Assembly: GCA_937625935.1 (NCBI GenBank)
Contig: OW569354.1
Location: 186,001-250,000 of the forward strand
DNA length: 64,000 bases
Origin: Tetramitus jugosus
Lineage: Eukaryota; Protista; Heterolobosea
Reading direction: 5' to 3'
The position numbers and the translations under genes were made by a program. Numbering within the stretch: the first letter of the stretch is position 1; every line of letters starts with the position of its first letter. The notes under the pieces are model-generated. The model was not told where the DNA came from, ran no database searches, and saw nothing but the letters and a program-made list of their open reading frames with translations. Below are positions 25,383 through 37,350 of the stretch, in pieces.

Positions 25383-27483
25383 TTATTCGTCTGACAACCT
25401 AAACAAAGTGAATCTATCTCTCGATAATTGTCCAGCGAAATTACCCAACGGATGTTCCAGAGCTTTAAAGTTCTCAATGTTATACTTGTGCTGTGATGGT
25501 AGCACCTGTATCGTTGATCCCGTTTGTGGATCAATCAGTTTGACTGAAGAGAATTGAGTGTATGCTAGAATTGTCTTCTGATGGGTGTTCGAGTGGTCTG
25601 AATCATTGACAATATGCAAATCATCACTACTATCGTCGAGCACAAATGTGGGTTGACTGGTCTGTGAATTCGAATGGTATTTCACAGTGTACAATTGCGT
25701 TGGCGACGAGTAATAATCAGGGATAAATTGCTGTCCAATCCGTTGGAAGTAATTTGGTTGTAGTAGAGGCGGTAGTGGTGTTGGTGGTTGATCATGTTGA
25801 GTGAGTTGGGTCATCGGGGAGGCATCAAATGCAGAACGTGTCTGACTCAAGGGGAAGATCAAGTGACGAATAGATCGTGATGTTTGAGTTGCAGGCGAAG
25901 AATATGATGACACACATAACTGACTGATTGGATCGTATTGTGTGTGATAATTCACGCTTGGTCTTCCTTCTGTTGGTAGTGGCAACATTGCTACATCCCA
26001 ATCGATATTATCTGCAGACTTACAAAGGAAGGTGTTGCCATGAGTCTTACCTTTGGCAACTAATAGGCCCGATGTTTTGTCTGCGAAGGGTATGTGCGAT
26101 ATCGATTGAATCTTGTCAATTGGGTTCTGCACAATAAGGGATGAGACAGACTTGCATGTGTTGAATCTTGAATCATAAATATCAATCTGGCCATTTGTGC
26201 TGCCAACTGCAAAGTATGAGGAACCATCATTAAAATGAGTAATGCAGCTGATTGGATGTTTCACCTTGAGATAACCTTGCACATTCCTATTCTTCGTATC
26301 CACGAATAAAATCTCATCCATCGTTGTGCAAATTAAATTTCGCTGTTTCGTGTTATAGAGCAAGTGGGTCACAGTATTGTCTGAAACGATCAAGTCATCT
26401 GTTGTCGAATGAAGGATATTGTAAATCGAAATATTGTTATTGTAGTTGCACACTATAGTGGCTGGATCAACAAAATCGAAAATCTTGGTCGTTCTCGTCA
26501 TTAGTATCGATCGCTTCTCAACATAACTTGGAAATTCTCTATCGCCATCCTTATCCTGTCCACCATTATCAATTGTTCGCCGCTGTCTCTTTGATTGATC
26601 ACACAAAGACATCACTGCACCATATCTCTCTTCGTTGATTAACAGTCTCTTCTTTTGCTTTGATGCATTGTTTTTGTTCTTGACACCAAAGGGTATCGGT
26701 ATTTCATATGAATTCATTTCGCTTCTCAATCCTCTCAAAAAGTTCAAAAATTGATCGTGTTCGGTCGTCCGTTTGTTCTCATCACTCACATTCACAATCA
26801 TATTGTGTCTCGTATTGACAACATCATCGCTATCGTCATGATCGTCCAATTCATGCAACACAACAATCGCCTCTCGACTATTGTTGCCATTGTTCTGATG
26901 AGGTTTTTCACTCTCTTCTTGAACCACAACCTGACAACGCGATTCCAACTCTGCAATGTAATCTTCCATTTTTTGCTTCACAGCATGAAATGCACTCTCG
27001 GCTTGCTTCCTCTTTGTTCTCTCAGCTCGAAATCGTTTTCTGAGCTCCACATTCTCCCGACTCAACTCTCTTCTCATCTCGATTCGAAACACTTCACTCG
27101 TATTGGCACTGAAAAACAGTGGAATAATGTGATGAGTGTTCAGTTTGGCTTTACAGATGGGACACGAATGATTTTGTTGAACCCACTTGGAAATGCAACT
27201 CTTACCAAACAAGTGACCACACGTACAAGCAGCAACACAGTGCTCTCCTTCAGATGACCATGCATTTTGACAAATGATGCAAATATTCTGTTGATGATGT
27301 CATTCATCATCAATGAATGTGTTTGTAGTGTCAGAATGATCATCAAACAAGTGATCCAACAAGTGTACATACACCTTCTTCTTCTTGTTCTGCTAGAGTG
27401 GCACTGGGTTGTTGAATAATTTCAATATCGTCCCGTTGTTGGTTCCCAACATTGACCAATGATGAGGAAGACTGCATGATCAT
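25383..27483 (-). CDS. RFWD3: RING + coiled-coil + WD40 E3 ubiquitin ligase, RFWD3-like (intron 27288-27372)
   Basis: The spliced RING reads CIICQNAWSSEGEHCVAACTCGHLFGKSCISKW...CPIC, with the RFWD3-typical GHLFG. Coiled coil and WD repeats follow (FAVGSTNGQIDIYDSR). Confidence 0.75.
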
Positions 27484-27793
27484 GGGCTTGCTATGCTCTG
27501 TGACTCTTTTTTTTCTTGCTAAACCAAGGTTTTGATCACGGAAATGCACGACGATTACTTGAGACAAAAAAGTCCGATAAAACTACGAAGGACCAGGTGA
27601 CTGATACAACAGCCCAAATCCGCAAGTTTACAAAAAAGAGGTATTATTCAAGTATTAGTTACGATTGGTGATTTTATTTCATTCGTTTGATTTAACAAAT
27701 TATGCCGTTGAGCCGTTGTCGCATTGAACACAAGGGTTGACCTGTGTTCGTATTCTATTGAGGGGAAGTCTTAGGAGTGTAAAGCAACCAATC

Positions 27794-30078
27794 TTAATGG
27801 GAGTGTTCATTGTGACTCATAAATCTAGAGAAGGTGTCATTGATCATCATGACTCGAATAGAAGAAACCAACTTGTCAAAGATATCAATCTCAGCCCGTC
27901 CCTTTTGAATCTGGAACAACTCTGATGATAGAATCCGATGGGCAATGTTCAACTCCTTGGGAGAATTTGGCAACAAGTATGTCTCAACAATCTCTTGTTG
28001 GATCAATATTCTATCATGAGTCGCTTTGAATGATTTATAGTGAGCCACCACCTCTAAGAACTCAAAGTTCTCCAAACTCATCTCCTTGTGACAGAATTCT
28101 CTGAACAATGCTCTTTGTTCTTCATTGGCCATCATTGAATCAAAAATGGATCCCATATGATTCTGATTTTCATCTTGTTGTTGATGCAACAATGCTCGAA
28201 GTCTGTTCTGTTCTTCCATATTCCTTGCCAACACGATATACACATCCAACACTTGATCATCAGAGTATAATTTGACTCGATTACATGTTACCAAAACAGG
28301 AGTCGGATCCTTCAGTCTGCAATCCATGAATGTATCAAAAGTCTTTCCTGTGGAACAAAGTGACTCAAGTTTTTGCATGAGTTCATCAGTCTTAAATTCT
28401 GTGAGTGCAGATGAAAGAGGCATGACTCCTTCAGTGGTACTTGGATCAAAAAGTAACTGCTGATAGAAGGACTTATTGGCACTAATGATGATTCCAGTTA
28501 GACAGTCGACTGTCAAAATAAAATCTGTAATTCCATCCATCACTGCTCTTGCTCTCTGCTCTTCAATAGAAATCTTGTCAATCAAGATTTGAAGCCTTTC
28601 ATGATCATAGGCAAGCTTCTTGTTGGAACTGTCCAAAGCTCCCAGCATGGTGTTAATCTTCTTGGTCAATATTGAAATTTCATCTTGAGCACATTCATCA
28701 ACCTTCAATCTCAGTCCACGATCAATCAGTTTTGCAACATCACTTACTCCATAGGTCAACTTAATAATAGGGGAAAGGACTGCTCTTTCAATGTAAAGGA
28801 TCATGACAATTGAAGTGATGACAACTCCGAGTGAAACCATTCCATAGGCCCAACCAAATGAACGAAGACCCAAGACATAAACATCTCTTTTCATATCTGC
28901 TCTCAACACCAAGTTGTTCTTTCCATACATATCAGTGAACACTTGATAGGAAGATATTGTTTTCTCTGAAGTGGTCTCATTTCCATTGTCCTTCAACCAA
29001 CATTGACGTCCTGCAACATTAACTTGTTTGTGAGCATTTAAGATGGATATTTCCATGATGTTGGCATCAGTCCAAACAGAGTTGTCCCATGTGATAACAG
29101 TACCCCTGTTTCTCTCGATCCGAGACTTCTTGGACTTGATCGCTGGATTCGTTGCCAGATCCGAGGAGAACATGGTGACACAAGATTGAGCTCTCACTGC
29201 AATATTTTTCACAAAGTCTTCATCCGGAGCAACTGCATACAACAAGATACCACTTGGTAGAGGACCTCTCAGTTCTGAACGAATTGGCTGAGCAAACAAA
29301 AAGTACAGAACATTGGCTGAAGTGTACATATATCCAACATTATCTGCATTGAAGTTTGTTGTCAAATTGTTGGCCATCATGGGATGATGTGGCGGAAGGC
29401 TCTCCAACTCTGGCAACAGTGGAAGAGAATTGCCTGTCTTCAGATCATATCCAACCCAAGCTGCTCTCGTTCCATTCAAGAAGTAAAACACACAATAATT
29501 AGCGAGAAGGACATCCCTCACATACTCAAAGTAGTAATTGGAGGCCAAATGTCCATTCATTCGCTCCCTTGTAAAATTGGCCATGACGTCATAAGGCACA
29601 TCCCAATTGGCATTATCTTCAAATATCAGTAGTCTGACGTTAGAACAAGACTTGTTCGAATTGCAACAAAATTGGGATTAAACGAGTACATACTGTCCAC
29701 CACCTTTGAGTGGAGGGCCAATCTGTCATACAGTGCCCTATTGACACGCTTCTGAGTCTCACGGGCATAAAACTTCTCCAAGTTGCGAGAGTTGGTCGAG
29801 AAAATGGACAATAGAATGGCCAAGAATCCTCCCATCATCAACAGGAATAAACACACAAGAATTACAATGGTTCTGAATTGGATACTGCACAGAAATCGAG
29901 TCAGGAACCTCCTTGAGGGTGACATCTTCTTCATTCCATCATCTCTGTTTCCAGCTTGTTCTTCTATCAAGTGTACCACTGATAAGAATTGAGGGCGTTC
30001 TCTGCCTTGTTGAGCAGTTGGTACCTTTGTTCCTGTTCTCGAACGGGTGCCATTCTGTTGTCGTGCGTGGTCATCCAT
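27794..30078 (-). CDS. CHASE4-HAMP-PAS-RGS membrane receptor, copy 1 (intron 29617-29693)
   Basis: TM1 (TIVILVCLFLLMMGGFLAILL); CHASE4-like start (NLEK...RVNRAL...NNANWDVPY); TM2; HAMP (VLSPIIKL...DEISILTKKINTML); PAS (RAVMDGITDFIL...ISANKSF); RGS (FREFCHKEMSLENFEF...KELNI...DTFSRF). Confidence 0.85.
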
Positions 30079-30298
30079 GATCAAAGTTGCTCCTTTTTCT
30101 GTCTTGGATTTGTTGTGGTTTCTTGTTGGAAAGGTGTGAATTGAGAACAGGGGAGGAATGACATTGGTCATGGAATACTTTGTATGGGTTGGGGGGTGGC
30201 GAAAAAAGATCCGCCCAACGGAACTTCTGAACGACACAGAAAAAGTGCACGCGATGATATATGATTTTTGAATGAGCAACAGCGAAAGAAGAAAAGGA

Positions 30299-30596
30299 CT
30301 GACAGGATCCTAAAAGTCTCACTACTGGTTTTAGGTGTACCCACCCAAAGAAAGGTGCTTGAATCAACCGGTGATAGATTGCAGTATTCAACACTTAAGT
30401 TTGCTCTCTTGTTCCTCCTTCGTTGTATCTATCGAGTTCATGACAACAGACACAGTTGTGATCCATGCTCGACAATTCAGCTTCGGCCCCTTAACTTTCG
30501 TCCTGATTGTCAGAGCTCTCGTGTGATACCGTCGTAGTCTTAATCGTAAACGATACCAACACGAGATTGGTAGTGAGACTTTTAGGATCCTATCAG
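30299..30596. repeat. 27-bp inverted repeat (30299-30325 / 30570-30596), 1 mismatch
   Basis: CTGACAGGATCCTAAAAGTCTCACTAC versus the reverse complement CTGATAGGATCCTAAAAGTCTCACTAC. The right arm lies inside the 18S fragment. Confidence 0.9.
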
Positions 30597-30775
30597 AATC
30601 CAAGGGAAACCGTTTAGTTTTTGGGTTCTGGGGAGTATGCTCGCAGGGCTGAAACTTAAAGGAATTGACGGAAAGGCACTACATGAAGTGGAGTATGAGT
30701 AGTGATCTTAGGATGTGAAAATGATTGACAGATTAAGTTGTTGAGTGCTGATGACCTCTCTTTCCTTGATTTTCT
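30481..30775 (+). pseudogene. fragmented, rearranged 18S (SSU) rRNA gene segment
   Basis: 30525-30697 reads GATACCGTCGTAGTCTTAA...TTTGGGTTCTGGGGAGTATG...GCTGAAACTTAAAGGAATTGACGGAA, the universal SSU core. GATTGACAGATT...CTCTTTCCTTGATT follows after a deletion. The SSU segment that normally lies just upstream (AATCAGGACGAAAGTTAAGGGGCCGAAG) is inverted at 30481-30511. Confidence 0.88.
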
Positions 30776-30849
30776 CTTCAATCAACTGTCGGTGCTATGA
30801 ACATCAATATATTCCTTCATGCTCTTTTTGAAGAATTTCAAGGGTCGTA

Positions 30850-33200
30850 GAAGTTTTACGGTCGTTTTTCTAATTTTCCTAGTTGGAGCTCCTCATGACT
30901 TTTAAAAGTCGATCCCTCAACAATACAAAGTGGTATGAACTTTTCGAACAATGAATATAGCAATATTCTTCCCTTCCTCTTTCCTTAACAACATGCAGCC
31001 TTGGAGAACAACAAACAAAGGATCAATTTTTCTTTTTATCGAAAATTAACAAGGTGTCTTATGTGACCTCTTCTCCTCCGTCTAGTGGTACCACTCATAC
31101 TAGCGCTTTCGATAACAGATACTCGGCAAAGCTCAAGGCCTTGAAACACTTGATTCATCAAAACTTGAACGAGATGCACACTTCCTCCTGCTTTTCACCA
31201 CTTGAACTACTCTACAACGATGACAATTAGATGATCAAGAACAAAAGAAACAGTTACACCAAGTCAACATACCTTCCATCTCTTAATCTTATAGTGGAGT
31301 TGTTGTCTTACATCATGTAGCGCATCAATCGAGTACCAGGCTTCTCATGTACTTGTAGTAGCCTTTCTCCTTTATCTTTACTCTTCCAATCACATGCACC
31401 CCGTCCAGCCGAACACCATCAGAGTGAAACACAAATCGTCTCTTGTACAAGCGTCAGTAATAATTGGTTGAGTTCATTGAACAACGTGACAACATTGATA
31501 CTACTTACACTCATTGCATGTAACAATTTCATCGTTCCTTTGTGTGTCGTGTAGTTCAAACGATCTTCGAGATTCTGCAACAAGGGAATAGCCTCGCAAG
31601 TACCTTGATCCACTCGATACGTTCCATGGATGGATCGCAGAATCACTAGGTTAAAACTGTCAAACGGGAATGCTGTGTAGTACCAGAGAGGTCCATGCCT
31701 CTTCACACAATCAACCAAATGGGTGAGAAGATGAACATTTAATGAAACATACCGATCACCATACACTTCCTGGAACTGAGGCACAAAATGTGTCAGCTCC
31801 AGTTGTACTTTATCCAATTGTTGTGTTGTCAGTTCAGGTTAAAGCAGCTCATACAGGGCATTGACCAGAATCATGTGGTGGTCACAATAGCGAGTGCTCG
31901 CTGGAAACAAGTGCTTTGTAAGTCTCGATGTATAGAGCATGAACACAAGACACTCTGATGCTTTAAAATATCGATGATGCTTGATGATTGATCTGAGATT
32001 TCGACGAAACACAGATAGAAGCTGTTGCTGCAAGAGCAATTGACCAAATGATTCCCACATCTGCTTGCTCTCTCTTGCTCCCAATCTGTCGTTGTACTGC
32101 ACGAGTGCCTTGGAGAATGAGAGATTGAAAGAACACCATGAAAATGGAAATGGCAGTAACGAGATAGCTCTTCCACTCTGTGGCACCATCAATAATCACC
32201 AGAAAGGAGTAACCCCCTCTGGTGTCACAGGAGCAGCAATTCTCCTGTAGACTTCACCGTCATAAACGTCACAAATCACATCAGATGATTTGCAATTTCT
32301 CAGGTGATAGTGCTGGGCGAGAGTGTAAAACCTTATATCCACTCTCATCCTGTCAACGAACTGCTGGACCGGATTGTACCAATGGAAACACTCGATGTAA
32401 CAATTCTTGTTGCAAACGCCGTTGCCCGTCACAAAATTGTGCTCACGACAAAAGTAAATCTTGTTCATTCTTGAGTGGTGAGCAAGTCACTTTAAAAACT
32501 TGTGCTTGGATGTCACTAGAGCATTGTTCTTGGGAAGGAACGCCTGGAGGAAGGTCAACAACTTTTCCAAACCTTGCTCAAATTGAGTTGGACCATGAGA
32601 TACAAAATCAAAGTACAAGCAGTATACAAAGAAATGGGAAGATATTGACACATCTTTTGATCCCATAGTGGATCATCACTATGAATCGTGGATATTCCAT
32701 TGGTGTAGTAATCTCCGATGACTGGCCTTGATTCTTGCATCTCGAGCATGGGTTGAGCTTGAGCCAAGTCTTCTACATCAACAGATGAGATTTGACTTCA
32801 ATGAACTCTTCATCACCAAGCTTCACTACCCGAAATCAGCTGTTTGGCATCAGATAGAGGGCACAACCGTGGTGAGTGGTGGGTTTGGGTTCAGTGGAGT
32901 GTTGGGTGTTGCTTGGGCTGTTGAGGAACAACAATCTTGTTGATGATCGACAACACTATATGTTGGATTTTCCAACATGTTCAGCAAAACTTGTGGTCTA
33001 GTTCTTGTTCTTCTCGTTCGATACTTCATAGAAAAGAATCTAGGATGAGGAAGAACTTCAAGGAAATGATTTCTAAGCTCCCTATTCAGAGCATTCTTTC
33101 CGGGGACGAAAGCGACATCGAGATGAGCGATGTTTCGAGGTAATACGGACTCAAAAGTAGGGACTCGTGCTGTTTCATTTTCACAGAGAGTGGTCAAGCT
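30850..33200 (-). mobile_element. decayed CACTA/EnSpm (CMC)-like DNA transposon (frameshifted, internally deleted transposase)
   Basis: Collinear broken motifs: DVICDVYDGEVY, IIDGATEWKS, RNLRSI...FKASECLVFMLY, and NVHLLTHLVDCVKRHGPLWYYTAFPFDSFN. Boundaries are approximate. Confidence 0.75.
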
Positions 33201-33240
33201 TTACTCTGTTGATGTTTGTTTGTTGGAATGGCGTGTTGTA

Positions 33241-33645
33241 CTACGAACTGATAGACACTACAAAGAAAGCTGATTTGAAGAGTGCGTTCGAAGAATGAAT
33301 GTGATCAAGCCCAAGTACATGATCGCACAATTGGACAATACCAATAAATAAACTGATATTCCCAAGTTCCCTGTCATTTGGCAATCCCCTTACTCACCAG
33401 ACCTTAATCCTATCAAGAAGGTCTTCGGATTGATCAAATCTCGCATGAAAGGTTACGAATTTACCAAGGAGTCGCTGCAACAAATTATCCACCAAGTAAT
33501 TCAAAACTTATCAGATGATGTATCCTCTTTGTCCTGCCTGAAAAAAACGAGCGCAAACGTTGTACTTCAAACAACTAAAAGAGTTAGTGTTACACCTCAA
33601 CAAACCTACAATTTCTTTGGTTGTATAATGTGGAGTCTCGAGTGA
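33241..33645 (+). mobile_element. IS630/Tc1/mariner transposase fragment (pseudogene)
   Basis: QLDN...VIWQSPYSPDLNPIKKVFGLIKSR matches the DDE_3 PxSPDLNPIE motif with E->K; in-frame stops are present. Confidence 0.75.
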
Positions 33646-35084
33646 TTCGATGCTTAATTGAATTTGTAGGAGTGGTGATAACAGTCCTGAGCCGAACCGA
33701 GGCATCCCATAAGTGTTAAAACATCAACGAACAACCTTAAATCATCTAGTACAACCAAACAAGTTTTAATGTTTCTTCTTGGGGTGTTTGAGCTGGCCAT
33801 TGTATTATTGTATTTTTTGAGATCGAGTCGTTGATTCTTGAGTTAACTAGTTGGTTTTTCTCGTTGCAAACAGACAAAACTAGCTCGAAGCATTTCATAA
33901 TAGAAAGATCTTTTAAGAAGTGACACTTCATAATGGTTGCAATTGCAAAAAGGAGTCAATCTATTCAAATCTGAGCATGTCCAAAAAAGAACATTAAGAA
34001 TTGATGAGTGACACATTAATGTCTCTGGTCTTTGTGTCCAAACAATACAGAACCGATAGGTGAAGAAACCCTTGATTTAATGAAGGACTTTGATAAATAT
34101 TTTTCAGCCCAAAGAACGAGTATGGAAGTGCTAAGCTGTGTTTTTCCATCATGACCTCATTGTGTTTGCTTCTGTCAGTGCCCGCACAGCAACATTGATG
34201 CATCGTTGACAGGATCATAATCACAAGCAATCAATTGGTGGTAGTTGTCCAGACTAACCGAGTCTGAGATTGCTCACATCACAAATTCAAGTTGGACGCG
34301 TCTGTTCTAGTTTGACAAATGTTAGTTGCATCCCTTTATGCTCACCCAAGCATACATGGTTATATCCTGATTCTCAAACCATTCGAATAAAATCACACAT
34401 ACCCTTCTTACTTAATCACAAGGGGAGTTATCATGGGATTCGAGTGATAGGCTATGGAAACTGTTCCCTGAAGTTTCCGGCAAAACTTATTCGGTTGAAG
34501 GGATGGGAATGATCCATACCGCGTATGTAGATGTTGATAAGACGAGGAGTGCTTTTTCGTTGAAGCTGTCAGGGATGAAGCGTTGGCAACAGAGAGGAAG
34601 AACTCGAGGGATTAATCGCTTGATGTTCGAGTGATTGTATTGGCTTGTGTCCCGAGAGATTTGTTTCATCGACTTTGTCCACACAAGAGAGTACTTGAAA
34701 GTTTTGAATCAAACAGAAGGAATCAATGTGATAGAGTTTGAGCAGTACCACGTGTTGGCTCTCAACAGAAAAAGAAATGTCAAATACCTCACGAAAACTT
34801 TATGGTGGTAACCATCATGATTCAAGAGACCCTCGAAATGCGGTGTATGCATCAACACTACAACCGAAAAATATGTGACTTCATTGCACAGAACTTGTTT
34901 CTTTGGGAACTCGAATCATGATGGTTCTTTGATTTAATTCTGCTAGGTAACCCTTTACCGCTGCTGGAATTCTAAGTTTATTGTTCCAAGTTGAAAGTGT
35001 CGAATTAGTTCTTCAATCGAATTTCATTCAGCTCGTTGTTTCCTATTGGTAGAAAGTCCTAGGAGTAAGAAGCAACTCCCCTAA

Positions 35085-37350
35085 CTAAAGGGAGTGTTCA
35101 TTGTGACTCATAAATCTAGAGAAAGTATCGGTGATCATCATGACTCGGACAGAGGAAACCAACTTGTCAAAGATATCAATCTCAGCCCGTCCCTTTTGAA
35201 TCTGGAACAACTCTGATGATAGAATCCGATGGGCAATGTTTAATTCCTTGGGAGAATTTGGCAACAAGTATGTCTCAACAATCTCTTGTTGGATCAATAT
35301 TCGATCATGAGTCGCTTTGAATGATTTATAGTGAGTCACCACCTCTAAGAACTCAAAGTTCTCCAAGCTCATCTCCTTGTGACAGAATTCTCTGAACATT
35401 GCTCTTTGTTCTTCATTGGCCATCATTGAATCAAAAATGGATCCCATATGATTCTGATTTTCATCTTGTTGTTGATGCAGCAATGCTCGAAGTCTGTTCT
35501 GTTCTTCCATATTCCTTGCCAACACGATATACACATCCAACACCTGGTCATCAGAGTATAGTTTGACTCGATTACATGTTACCAAAACAGGAGTCGGATC
35601 CTTCAGTCTGCAATCCATGAAGGTATCAAATGTCTTTCCTGTGGAACAAAGTGACTCAAGTTTTTGCATGAGTTCATCAGTCTTAAATTCTGTGAGTGCA
35701 GATGAAAGAGGCATGACTCCTTCAGTGGTACTTGGATCAAAAAGTAACTGTTGATAGAAGGACTTATTGGCATTAACGATAATACCAGTTAGACAATCAA
35801 CCATCAGAATAAAATCCGTAATTCCATCCATCACTGCTCTTGCTCTCTGCTCTTCAATCGAAATCTTGTCAATCAGTATTTGAAGCCTTTCATGATCATA
35901 GGCAAGCTTCTTGTTGGAACTGTCCAAAGCTCCCAGCATGGTGTTAATCTTCTTGGTCAATATTGAAATTTCATCTTGAGCACATTCATCGACCTTCAAT
36001 CTCAGTCCACGATCGATCAGCTTTGAAATATCACTCACTCCATAGGTCAACTTAATAATAGGGGAAAGGACTGCTCGTTCAATGTAAAGTATCATGACAA
36101 TTGAAGTGATGACAACTCCGAGTGAAACCATTCCATAGGCCCAACCAAATGAACGAAGACCCAAGACATAAACATCTCTTTTCATATCTGCTCTCAACAC
36201 CAAGTTGTTCTTTCCGTACATATCAGTGAACACTTGATAGGAAGATATTGTTTTCTCTGAAGTGGTCTCATTTCCATTGTCCTTCAACCAACATTGACGT
36301 CCTGCAACATTAACTTGTTTGTGAGCATCTAGAACTGATATCTCCATGATATTGGCATCAGTCCAAACAGAATTGTCCCATGTGATAACAGTACCCCTGT
36401 TTCTCTCGATCCGAGACTTCTTGGACTTGATCGCTGGATTCGTTGCCAGATCCGAGGAGAACATGGTGACACAAGATTGAGCTCTCACTGCAACATTTTT
36501 CACAAAGTCTTCATCTGGCGCAACAGCATACACCAGGATACCACTTGGTAGAGGACCTCTCAGTTCTGAACGAATTGGTTGAGCAAACAAAAAGTACAGA
36601 ACATTGGCTGAAGTGTACATATATCCGACATTATCGGCATTGAAATTTGTTGTCAAATTGTTGGCCATCATGGGATGATGTGGCGGAAGGCTCTCCAACT
36701 CTGGCAACAGTGGAAGAGTGTTGCCTGTCTTCAGATCATATCCAACCCAACCTGCTCTCGTTCCATTCAAGAAGTAAAACACACAATAATTAACCAGAAG
36801 GACATCCCTCAAGTATTCAAAGTAGTAGTTGGAAGCCAAATGACCACTCATTCTCTCCCTTGTAAAATTGGTCATGATATCATATGGCACAAACCAATTG
36901 CAATTATCTTCAAGATCAAGGAATGTCAGAATCACGTGAGCAACAAAAATTGGAAATGTACATACTGTCCAAAACTGTTGAATGAAGGGCTAATCTGTCA
37001 TACAGGGCCCTATTGACACGCTTCTGAGTCTCACGGGCATAAAACTTCTCCAAGTTGCGAGAGTTGGTCGAGAAAATGGACAATAGAATGGCCAAGAATC
37101 CTCCCATCATCAACAGGAATAAACACACAAGAATTACAATGGTTCTGAATTGGATACTGCACAGAAATCGAGTCAGGAACCTCCTTGAGGGTGACATCTT
37201 CTTCATTCCATCATCTCTGTTTCCAGCTTGTTCTTCTATCAAGTGTACCACTGATAAGAATTGAGGGCGTTCTCTGCCTTGTTGATAAGTTGGCACCTTT
37301 GTTGTTCCTGTTCTCGATCGGGTGCCATTCTGTTGTGAGGTGTCACCCAT
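35085..37350 (-). CDS. CHASE4-HAMP-PAS-RGS membrane receptor, copy 2 (intron 36908-36965)
   Basis: Near-identical paralog of copy 1 with the same intron position and an intact frame. Confidence 0.85.

Noticed and set aside
30299-30596. MITE defined by the 27-bp inverted repeat
   Set aside because: The right arm is internal to continuous 18S sequence and no TSD is evident. An inverted duplication of an rDNA piece explains it better.
30525-30775. Functional 18S rRNA gene
   Set aside because: Only about 250 bp, with deletions and inversions, and no flanking rDNA.
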